Assembly: GCA_028821605.1 (NCBI GenBank)
Contig: JAPPFM010000056.1
Location: forward strand, 135,466-199,465
Origin: Candidatus Poribacteria bacterium
GTDB taxonomy: Bacteria; Poribacteria; WGA-4E; WGA-3G
Direction: 5' to 3'
DNA length: 64,000 bases
Shown here: positions 49,334 to 58,500 of the stretch, in pieces
Layout of the letters: each line of letters begins with the position of its first letter
Numbering within the stretch: position 1 is the stretch's first letter
Position numbers and translations under genes: made by a program
The notes under the pieces: generated by a model
What the model was told of the DNA's origin: nothing
Databases searched by the model: none
The model's input: the letters and a program-made list of their open reading frames with translations, nothing else

Positions 49334-52300
49334 ATGCGATATATCAAACCCATCGTTTGGCTCATCTTTATCCTCTCTGGTGCCAGTGGACTCATTTATG
49401 AAGTCATCTGGATGCGGCAGCTCACGCTCATCTTCGGCAGCACCGTCTTCGCAACGAGTACCGTCCTGACCGCATTTATGGCAGGACTCGCACTCGGCAG
49501 CTACTACTTCGGTAGGAAGATCGACGAAAGCACACAGTCACCACTACGGATTTACGCGCTTTTGGAAGCGGGTATCGGTGCGTTCTGCCTTGTCTGGCCC
49601 CTCATTTTAGGGGCATTAAGTGCCATTTATGTTTTGGTTCATCGCAATATCACATCAGAGTTCTACACCCTCTCGCTCATCCGGTTCGTGCTAACGTTCG
49701 GGGTTCTGTTAATTCCCTCCACACTGATGGGTGGCACTCTACCGGTGCTAACCCGCTTTTTTGTGAAAAGGTTGGAGCAGCTCGGCACCAATATTGGGAT
49801 TCTGTATGCGTTGAACACATTCGGTGCCGTTATCGGAACTGTGGCAGCAGGATTTTTCCTAATTGAAGCGTTAGGTGTTCGATGGACGCTCGGTGTCGGT
49901 ATCGCTATTAATTTCGGCGTAGCAGCGGTTGCATTAGCGTTATCACAGAAGGTATCGGAAACAGAAGAGGTCAGCAGTCAGCAAAGCGATTTTCTTGCTG
50001 ATAGCCGACAGCCGACGGTTTCCGATAGCCATCCCTCCGACAACCGACAACCGACAACCGACAACTCTAAATTGGTATTATGGGCAATAGGCATCTCCGG
50101 GTTCTGTGCGTTGGCTTATGAAGTGTTGTGGACACGCATCATGGTCTTCTTCCTTGGGAGTACAACCTATGCGTTCGCGACGATGCTTGCTGCGTTCCTA
50201 TTCGGTATCGCGCTGGGGAGTATGGTATTTGCACGTTGGGTTGACCGGGTTAAACAACCTGTAGTAGTTTTCGGTATTATTCAACTCGGTATCGGACTTT
50301 TCGCGCTTCTCCTGATGCCCGCGTTTGAGGAGTTGTACGGCATGAGCCGTGCGTTCCAGTCCACCTTTGGCGGAAGTAGGTTCTGGGCATTTTTCTCCTG
50401 TTTCCTTGTGATGTGCCTTCCAACGTTTCTGATGGGCACGAGTTTTCCACTTGTGACGAAAATCTATACCGGCAGCGCACGTCAACTCGGTAGGAGCATT
50501 GGGAACGTCTATGCAGTCAACACAGTCGGGAGCATTTTAGGGGCGTTTTTTGCAGGATTCATCCTGATCCCACTTCTGGGCATCCGACCGAGCATCGTGC
50601 TAATGGTGGCTTTGAACACAGGCATCGGGTGCCTGCTTGTTTTAAGAGGTGAATGGCGGGCTGAAACCGGGAAATCGCTCCTACAAGGGGTAAGCATCGG
50701 GATGCCGATCCTCAACGCTGGATTGGCTGTTATCATGTTGCTCACCGTGAATCAACCGCTCTTTCTGAAAAGTGCCATTTTCAAAACGCAACGCCCCGGC
50801 GATACACTCGTTGATTACAACGAGGAGGTGGACGCGACCGTAACAACGTTAAAAGATGATGAAGGGGTCTATCGTCTCTATGTAGACACAAATCAGGCAG
50901 CGGATGCCTCGCGCTGGGATTCACCGTCGCATCGCGTCATCGCACATCTACCGTTGCTACTGCATCCACGTCCAAAACGTGCCCTCGTCGTCGGGTTCGG
51001 TATGGGGCTTACTTCGTATTCCATAACACAGCACGGTGTGCAAGTTGACGCAGTGGAACTGTCGAGCGGCGTGATTTCCGCTGCACAGAAGTATTTCACG
51101 CACGTCAACGGGAATGTGTTTGAAAACCCTCAATTTAACTATAGACTCAACGATGGGCGAAACCATATCCTGATGACGAAGACGAAATACGATATGATCT
51201 CGACGGGGATCATTCATCCGCTCGTCAGTGCGGGGAGTTCCAACATTTACACCGCCGATTTCTACCGTTTGTGTCGTCGGATTTTGAGCGAAGATGGGAT
51301 CATGTGCCAGTGGGTGCCATTGCATCGCTTACCAGAGGCGCACTATAAGATGATTGTGCGCACCTTCATTGAGGTGTTCCCGCACACAACGCTCTGGTAT
51401 AAGTACACACCGGATTTTGTGATTCTTATCGGCACACGTGAACCGCTGCGGATTGACTACAAAAACTTCATCGAACGCTCACAGATAGCGAGTATTCGAG
51501 AAGGGCTTGCTGCCGATGATCTGGATGGGATGTCGCTGCTCGATTCATTCATGATGGGACCTGAGAATGTACGTAAGTACGCAGACATTGGACCTATCCA
51601 CACAGACAACCGACCTCGATTGGAATTTTTCCGTGGGGCAGATTTGGTGGGTACAACAACACAGAACGTTAAAGGGATGGCAGAATACCGGGAACGGGTG
51701 CTGCCTTACCTCACCAACTACGGCACGACACTCGCAGAGAAACGGGACGCACGAGAGAAACTTGACACCTATTTTAGAGCCACACAGAGATTGATTCGTG
51801 GACAAATTGCTTATGCAAGCGCGCAGTATCAAAATGCCGCGGCACTCATGAACGAAGCGGTGGAACTCAATCCCGTTGACGAGACGATTCGCTATAACTT
51901 TGGGGTCGTCGCAGGTTTAATTCGCGAAGGTGAACAGGAAGAACTCCAACAGATTGAACGGCAGGTACAGCAGACGATGGCACAAAACCCTGATGACCTT
52001 CAGGGACACCTCCATTTGGCAACGTTGTATGAGATGCAAGGTGAACTCGGAAAGGCAGCAACGGAGTTAGAGGAATTACTCAGACGCGATCCGAAGAGAT
52101 TTGAGGTCTATCTGCTCTTAGGTCCGCTGTATGAACGTCAGGAACGCTACAAAGACGCGCTTCGCACCTATGAACGGCTTGAACGACTGGAGACAACTTT
52201 GCAATTGCCAGCACCCATTTTTGCAGCAATGGCGGGCCTCCATCTGCAATTGGAAAACATAACTGAAGCCGAAAAATATGGAAAGAAGGGCATCGCCGCG

Positions 52301-52495
52301 GATGTCAATTCGTGGCGGTCCTATTACGTTCTCGGAAACGTTTACGCCGCCATGAATCAGCTGGAGAAACAGATAGATGCCTACAACAACGCTTTGAAAG
52401 CGATTGATGAGGTCATTCGTGTCACCGCTGATTCGAGCGATCTATTGAGTGCCAGAGAACAGATCCAGAACGAACTTGAACAACTTAAAAGATAA
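49334..52495 (+). CDS. fused polytopic-membrane / spermidine-synthase-like (polyamine aminopropyltransferase fold) protein with C-terminal TPR repeats
   Basis: About 12 TM helices in two halves. Then ALVVGFGMGLTSYSITQHG...VDAVELSSGVI...NYRLNDGRNHI (SpeE-like). Then TPR-like repeats (YNFGVVAGL..., LATLYEMQGELGKA, YLLLGPLYERQERYKDA). Confidence 0.7.
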   Translation: MRYIKPIVWLIFILSGASGLIYEVIWMRQLTLIFGSTVFATSTVLTAFMAGLALGSYYFGRKIDESTQSPLRIYALLEAGIGAFCLVWPLILGALSAIYVLVHRNITSEFYTLSLIRFVLTFGVLLIPSTLMGGTLPVLTRFFVKRLEQLGTNIGILYALNTFGAVIGTVAAGFFLIEALGVRWTLGVGIAINFGVAAVALALSQKVSETEEVSSQQSDFLADSRQPTVSDSHPSDNRQPTTDNSKLVLWAIGISGFCALAYEVLWTRIMVFFLGSTTYAFATMLAAFLFGIALGSMVFARWVDRVKQPVVVFGIIQLGIGLFALLLMPAFEELYGMSRAFQSTFGGSRFWAFFSCFLVMCLPTFLMGTSFPLVTKIYTGSARQLGRSIGNVYAVNTVGSILGAFFAGFILIPLLGIRPSIVLMVALNTGIGCLLVLRGEWRAETGKSLLQGVSIGMPILNAGLAVIMLLTVNQPLFLKSAIFKTQRPGDTLVDYNEEVDATVTTLKDDEGVYRLYVDTNQAADASRWDSPSHRVIAHLPLLLHPRPKRALVVGFGMGLTSYSITQHGVQVDAVELSSGVISAAQKYFTHVNGNVFENPQFNYRLNDGRNHILMTKTKYDMISTGIIHPLVSAGSSNIYTADFYRLCRRILSEDGIMCQWVPLHRLPEAHYKMIVRTFIEVFPHTTLWYKYTPDFVILIGTREPLRIDYKNFIERSQIASIREGLAADDLDGMSLLDSFMMGPENVRKYADIGPIHTDNRPRLEFFRGADLVGTTTQNVKGMAEYRERVLPYLTNYGTTLAEKRDAREKLDTYFRATQRLIRGQIAYASAQYQNAAALMNEAVELNPVDETIRYNFGVVAGLIREGEQEELQQIERQVQQTMAQNPDDLQGHLHLATLYEMQGELGKAATELEELLRRDPKRFEVYLLLGPLYERQERYKDALRTYERLERLETTLQLPAPIFAAMAGLHLQLENITEAEKYGKKGIAADVNSWRSYYVLGNVYAAMNQLEKQIDAYNNALKAIDEVIRVTADSSDLLSAREQIQNELEQLKR

Positions 52496-52701
52496 TATTT
52501 TTTAATTGACATTCATCCATCGTTTCTGATGTTGTCAAGGCTAACTGTCTGAGTGTCTTGCTTATTGAGCAGGCGCGGTTTTGATATGAATTTCGGAAAC
52601 GATTCGGTGTTTAATGATGTAAAATGCCTACCGTAAATGGTGGGAATTTCTGAATAGGAGGAACCCTTGCATCTGGTAAACAAGCAAGGGAATATCTAAC
52701 A

Positions 52702-54729
52702 ATGTCTCAAGAAACCCAAGAAGCCACATCGCCTTGTTTAAAAAGAACCCATTATTGTGGGGACCTACGCTTAACCGATGCGGGAACGACCGCACAACTC
52801 AACGGTTGGGTCAAACGTCGCCGCGACCACGGTGGGGTCATCTTCGTCGATTTACGCGACAGGACAGGCATCACACAAGTCGTCTTTGACCCGCAGATTG
52901 ACGAAAAAGCACATGTTCTCGCCGATGCTGTTAGAGGTGAATTCGTGCTGAACGTCAGCGGCACCGTCCGTGAACGCGATCCGGGCGAATTGCTCTTCCA
53001 CGCAGATGCAGCGTATCAGGCAGAACTCGCCGATGGCACCCTTTCCCCCGCGTTCCGAGCCTTGTTTTCGGATGTTGACGCTAAATACACCCTCTCTGAA
53101 GAAATTGAAGTCGCAATCCGAGTCGCTGGCACGCGTTGGCTGCTCACCGATGTCGAAAATAATCGGACATATCATATTGAGAACGGGGAAAACGGACTCG
53201 ACATCTTTCAAGGCACAGTCAATCCAGAACTTGATACGGGTGAGATTGAAGTCGCTGTGGATTCTCTGCAGATTCTAAATACTGCCAAAACACCGCCGTT
53301 CCCTGTTGAAGATGATATTGACGTGGCGGAAGACATTCGGATGCGCTATCGGTTCATTGATCTGCGTCGTCCTGAGATGCAAAAAACTTTGGCAATGCGG
53401 CATCAGGCGGCACTCGCAGCACGTAACTACATGAACGAGCAGGGTTTCCTTGAAATTGAGACACCTATTTTGATGAACAGCACGCCCGAAGGGGCACGCG
53501 ATGTCCTTGTGCCGAGTCGTCATTATCCGGGTAGATTCTATGCGCTCCCGCAATCACCGCAGCAGTTTAAGCAGATTCTCATGATGAGCGGTGTTGATCG
53601 GTACTTCCAAATCGCGCGATGCTTCCGCGATGAAGACACCCGTTCCGACAGGCAGCTGGAGTTCACGCAGCTTGATATTGAGATGTCATTCGCAGGGGTG
53701 GACGATGTACTTGAGGTGACCGAAGGGTTGATGAAACGAATATTTGAGGAGGCAGGTGGTATTCCTGTCCAAACACCTTTCCTACGTCTACCCTATCATG
53801 AATCAATGGCACGTTTCGGAAACGACAAACCCGATACGCGATTCGGCATGGAACTCACCGAGCTCTCTGATGTTATGGCGGATTGTGATTTCCAAGTGTT
53901 CACACGCACCTTGGAAAGCGGTGGAGAAGTCAAAGCTATCGCTGCACCGGGTGGAGCGGACTTTTCACGCAAAGATATTGACGATCTGACCGAGTTTGTT
54001 GCCACTTACCGAGCAAAAGGCTTGGCGTGGGTCAAGGTCACAACAGATGGCTTCTCGTCCGGTATCGTTAAGTTCTTCACAACAGAGCAACTTGAAACGG
54101 CACAAGAACGAACAGGGGCGCAGCCGGGGGACATCATGTTCTTTGTTGCTGACAGACCGAAAGTCGTTGCCGATGCACTTGGCAATCTCCGTCTCCATCT
54201 CGGACGAAAACTCAACCTTATTGACGAAACCCGATACAATTTCTTGTGGATTGTCGATTATCCGCTGTTTGAATGGAACGAGGATGAAAATCGGTACGAA
54301 CCTTTCCACCATCTGTTCACAGGCGCGACGGGAGAGACTTTACCGCTGTTAGAAACAGATCCGGGGAAGGTCCAGAGCCAACACTACGATCTCGTATGTA
54401 ATGGGTATGAAATCTGTAGCGGAAGCGTCAGGATTCACCAATGGGATATCCAACAGAAGATCTTCAACATTCTGGACATCACCCCGGAAGAGGTCGAAAG
54501 TCGGTTTGGCTATTTCATAGAGGCATTGGCGTATGGCACACCCCCGCATGCCGGCATCGCACCCGGACTTGACCGGATGGTGATGTTGATGAGAAACGAG
54601 GAAAACATCCGTGAAGTCATCGCATTCCCGAAATCGCAACAGGGGCTTTGCCCGCTCACGCATGCCCCGTCCGTTGTAACGGATGCACAGTTAGAAGAAC
54701 TCTCCATCCACGTTGATGTAGACGGCTAA
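52702..54729 (+). CDS. aspS: aspartate--tRNA ligase with about 78-aa insertion in the N-terminal anticodon-binding domain
   Basis: Class II motifs FRDEDTRSDRQLEFTQLDIEMSF and GSVRIHQWDIQQKIF...YGTPPHAGIAPGLDRMVMLM. 675 aa against about 590 typical. Confidence 0.9.
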   Translation: MSQETQEATSPCLKRTHYCGDLRLTDAGTTAQLNGWVKRRRDHGGVIFVDLRDRTGITQVVFDPQIDEKAHVLADAVRGEFVLNVSGTVRERDPGELLFHADAAYQAELADGTLSPAFRALFSDVDAKYTLSEEIEVAIRVAGTRWLLTDVENNRTYHIENGENGLDIFQGTVNPELDTGEIEVAVDSLQILNTAKTPPFPVEDDIDVAEDIRMRYRFIDLRRPEMQKTLAMRHQAALAARNYMNEQGFLEIETPILMNSTPEGARDVLVPSRHYPGRFYALPQSPQQFKQILMMSGVDRYFQIARCFRDEDTRSDRQLEFTQLDIEMSFAGVDDVLEVTEGLMKRIFEEAGGIPVQTPFLRLPYHESMARFGNDKPDTRFGMELTELSDVMADCDFQVFTRTLESGGEVKAIAAPGGADFSRKDIDDLTEFVATYRAKGLAWVKVTTDGFSSGIVKFFTTEQLETAQERTGAQPGDIMFFVADRPKVVADALGNLRLHLGRKLNLIDETRYNFLWIVDYPLFEWNEDENRYEPFHHLFTGATGETLPLLETDPGKVQSQHYDLVCNGYEICSGSVRIHQWDIQQKIFNILDITPEEVESRFGYFIEALAYGTPPHAGIAPGLDRMVMLMRNEENIREVIAFPKSQQGLCPLTHAPSVVTDAQLEELSIHVDVDG

Positions 54730-54738
54730 GGTAGAAAG

Positions 54739-54860
54739 AGTTATCGGTTTGCCTCGCAGTGAGAGTTATCAGTTTTCAGTCCGAGACGCTTTGTGGCAGT
54801 AACACAATTTGTACCTGCCACAAGAAGTTAACTGACAACCGATAACTGATGACTGATAAC
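54739..54860. repeat. MITE-like palindromic element copy with internal TTGTGGCAG...CTGCCACAA hairpin
   Basis: Arms GAGTTATCGGTTTGCC...GAGAGTTATCAGTTTTCAGTC and GTTAACTGACAACCGATAACTGATGACTGATAAC, between aspS and the Uma2 gene. Confidence 0.6.
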
Positions 54861-54883
54861 CAAAAAATAAAGGAGATAGCACG

Positions 54884-55591
54884 ATGAAAAGAAAAATAGG
54901 CACTGCCCCGACATTCGTCTATCCCGAATCAGACGGAGAACCGATGGCAGAAACTCCGAAACATCAGCAGGTGATGATAGATTGCATGGATATCCTACGA
55001 AACCATTTCCATGGGATCCGAGATGTGTATATCGGTGGGAACATGCTACTGTATTATGAAGAGGGGAATCCTCGGAAGAGCGTCTCCCCGGATGTCTTCA
55101 TGGTTCGTGGGCTGTCGAAAAAAGAACTCCGAACATATAAAACCTGGGAACAACCCGCCACCCTTGATTTTGTGTTAGAAGTTGCCAGCCCGAGTACGTA
55201 TACGAGAGACTTCAACGAGAAGATGGAGATATATGCCAAGATTCTGCGTGTCAAAGAGTATTATATCTATGACCCCTATCATGAAATTGAGCCCTATTTC
55301 GTTGGGTTCCGGCTTGTGGGTGAAACTTATGAGGAGATAGCATTCGTGAACGCACGACTCCCGTCTTCAGTGTTAGGTTTGGAGTTGGGTGAGCATGAGG
55401 GTTTGCTGCGTTTATATGACCCTGTTAAGTCTGCGTGGTTACTTACTTCTCAAGAACGCGTAGGAGAGGCGGAAACCCGCGTAGCACAAGAATCCCTGGC
55501 ACGACAGGAGGCGGAAACCCGTGTGCAACACGCCGAAGCCGAACTTGAAAAACTGCGTGCAGCACTCCAACGTTTAGAAACAACCAAATAG
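54884..55591 (+). CDS. Uma2 family (DUF820) protein with C-terminal coiled-coil tail
   Basis: TFVYPESDGEPMAETPKHQQ..., PDVFMV, coiled-coil EAETRVAQESLARQEAETRVQHAEAELEKLRAALQRL. This is the third Uma2 paralog in the window. Confidence 0.75.
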   Translation: MKRKIGTAPTFVYPESDGEPMAETPKHQQVMIDCMDILRNHFHGIRDVYIGGNMLLYYEEGNPRKSVSPDVFMVRGLSKKELRTYKTWEQPATLDFVLEVASPSTYTRDFNEKMEIYAKILRVKEYYIYDPYHEIEPYFVGFRLVGETYEEIAFVNARLPSSVLGLELGEHEGLLRLYDPVKSAWLLTSQERVGEAETRVAQESLARQEAETRVQHAEAELEKLRAALQRLETTK

Positions 55592-55595
55592 GAAA

Positions 55596-58500
55596 TTGAT
55601 GGTGAAAATCGGCAAATACCTCCCTATAGTGATCCTAATATGCGTCGGATTAGCGTTTGCAACAGCAGATGCCCAAGAAAACCTTGCACAACAGGTGTCC
55701 GCTATTTTTCAGCAAAACTGCTTGAATTGTCATGGACCCTCCGGTTCCTTTAAGGAAGCACTCCTGCTTGACCGCACCGCGCTTATTGATACGCAGGTCA
55801 TCATCCCAGGAAACCCAGAAAACTCAGAATTCTATAAACGACTCCTTGGACCGACTGAGAAGGGTCCGCAAATGCCGCTCAATCTACCACCGCTCTCACC
55901 AGAAGCCATTGAAACGATTGCCCGTTGGATTACCGCAGGCGCGCCAGATTGGGATGTGCAGCACGACATCAATTTCATAACCACAGATACAATACTCAAT
56001 ACCATCCGAAACCATCTAAAGTCGCTGGATCCGTTTGATCGTCCCTCCGCACGCTATTTTACAATGACGCATCTCTATAATGCCGGTGAAAGCCCTGAAA
56101 CTCTCAGCGACTATCGGATCGCGCTCTCTAAACTGATAAATAGCCTCTCGTGGAAGTTTGAGATCACGAATCCAACACCTATTGATGAAGCACAAACAAT
56201 CTTCCATATTGACCTACGGCGTTACGAATGGAATAATATCAGAACCGATGTGTGGACACAAATTGAGCAAGTATATCCGTACAACATTGTGTTTGATCCA
56301 GAAACACAAGCCGGTCTCCTTGAAAAACTGACACACCTGCAGACTGAAATGGGCAGCACAGTGCCGTTTGTCCATGTCGATTGGTTTCTTACGACCGCGT
56401 CGTTGCCACCACTCTATCACGACATTTTAGGTCTTCCACAAACAGACCGTGTGTTAGAGGCACAACTGGAGGTAAATGTTGCGAGCAATATCAGGAACGC
56501 CCCGGGGATAAATGTCTGGCGTGCGGGTTTCAACGATTCGGGTGTCTCCTCAAACAACCGCGTTGTGGAACGCCATACGTCTCGGTATGGTGCGTATTGG
56601 AAAAGTTACGACTTTGCTGGGAGCGTAGGTTCACAGAATATCTTTACGCACCCACTTGATTTCACACACGATGGTGGCGAAATTATCTTCAATCTCCCCA
56701 ACGGATTGCAGGCGTACTTGCTGGTTGACGTTAATGGTAACCGGCTGAACGACGCACCAATTGACATCGTTAGGAACCTTGCTGCGAGCAATCCGACAGT
56801 CCGGAACGGTCTCTCGTGTATTGGGTGCCATACGCAAGGCATGAAGAAGTTTGAAGATAGTGTGCGAGTGGCGATTGAACAAGATGACAACCCGCCGTAT
56901 AACAAAGAACAGGCACTACGCCTCTACGCTAAACAGTCAGTGCTTGATAATCTGGTTGCAAAAGATACACTAAGGTTTCAGCAGGCATTGGAAAAGATTG
57001 GCGGTCCGTTTGCGGATGATGCATCCAGACAACGCTTCTTCAAGCAACATGAAAATGAACCCATCCAACGGTTTCATGAATCGTTTCAATCACCCCTAAA
57101 TGCCTCGGACGCTGCTGCCGCTGTTGGATTGGAAACAGAAGCATTCCTCACACAGATCCGTGAGAAACAGAGTTTAAAAAACTTAGGACTACAAACGCTC
57201 ATAGATGTGAAGGGCACCGTGAAACGGGATGCATGGACATCTAACTTTGACGATGTAATTTCTGCGTTGAATACCCCTGATAGCATCCTTCCGCCAGTCG
57301 TGCAGCGTCCAGAACGCATTCCGGGTGCTGGTGTATACATTCCCGACCCGAACCTCCGCGCGGCAATTGCCGAAGCACTCGGCAAAGCACCTGGTGATCC
57401 GATTACGGTAGAAGATATGGCGATGTTGGCTGATCTGGACGCAAGGAATTATGATGAGCCGCGCAAGGAAAATATTAACAATTTAACGGGACTTGAGTTC
57501 GCAGTGAATCTCAAATTTCTACATATTGGTGGTAATTCAGTATCAGATTTATCGCCCCTTGCGGGGCTAATAAAACTAGATTTCTTAGATGTCCAGGATA
57601 ACTTAATATCAGATATATTGCCGCTTAAAGGATTGACTCGTCTAAAAGATTTAGTTCTTACTGATAACGTGATATCTGATTTTTCTCCCCTTATGGAGTT
57701 AACAACATTAAAAGAGGTATGGATTTCTGACAGCCCGGCATTTGACCTGTCACTACTTGGAAGATTGATTAACCTTGAGGGTGTGCATGCTTGGGATGTC
57801 CCCATAAAAGATCTATCCCCTCTTGCAGGATTGACAAAATTGAGATGGTTAGACTTTGGTCGTATTCCAATATCAGATCTTGCACCGTTAGCGAACCTAA
57901 CAAACCTGAGAAAACTGATATTTTACGATTGCGGCATAGAAGATATCTCGTCTCTGGCAGGATTGAAAGAGTTGAGATCTCTTATAATTCCTCACAACGC
58001 GATCTCAGATCTCTCGCCGTTGGCGGGGTTAACTCGTTTAGAAACTTTACATATCGTCAATAACCAAATATCAGATGTATCGCCCTTGGCAGGGTTAACC
58101 AACTTAGGCGAACTAAACCTCCGCAACAACTCAATAACAGATTTCTCACCTTTAGAGGCACTTTCCCAAAATACAAATATACTTACTGGTGAAGTGGCTA
58201 TACCCGATCTAAACCTCCGCGATGCAATTGCAGAGGCACTCGGTAAAGGTGATACTACAGTTGTTTCAATTACCGCTGAGGAAATGGCTACATTGACAAG
58301 TCTTGTTGTCAATGACAGAGGTATTCAAGATTTGATAGGACTTGAGTTTGCTATAAATTTGGAAAACCTATGGTTTGAACACAATCAGGTATCTGACCTA
58401 TCTTCTATCGCTAAATTAACCAAACTGCGCGAGTTACGGTTTGTAAGCAATCAGGTATCTGACCTATCCTCTATTGCTAAATTAACCAAACTGCGCGAGT

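Noticed and set aside
52960-53230. Intein in aspS
   Set aside because: The insert is only about 78 aa and lacks the N-terminal Cys/Ser, the C-terminal His-Asn plus nucleophile, and endonuclease blocks.
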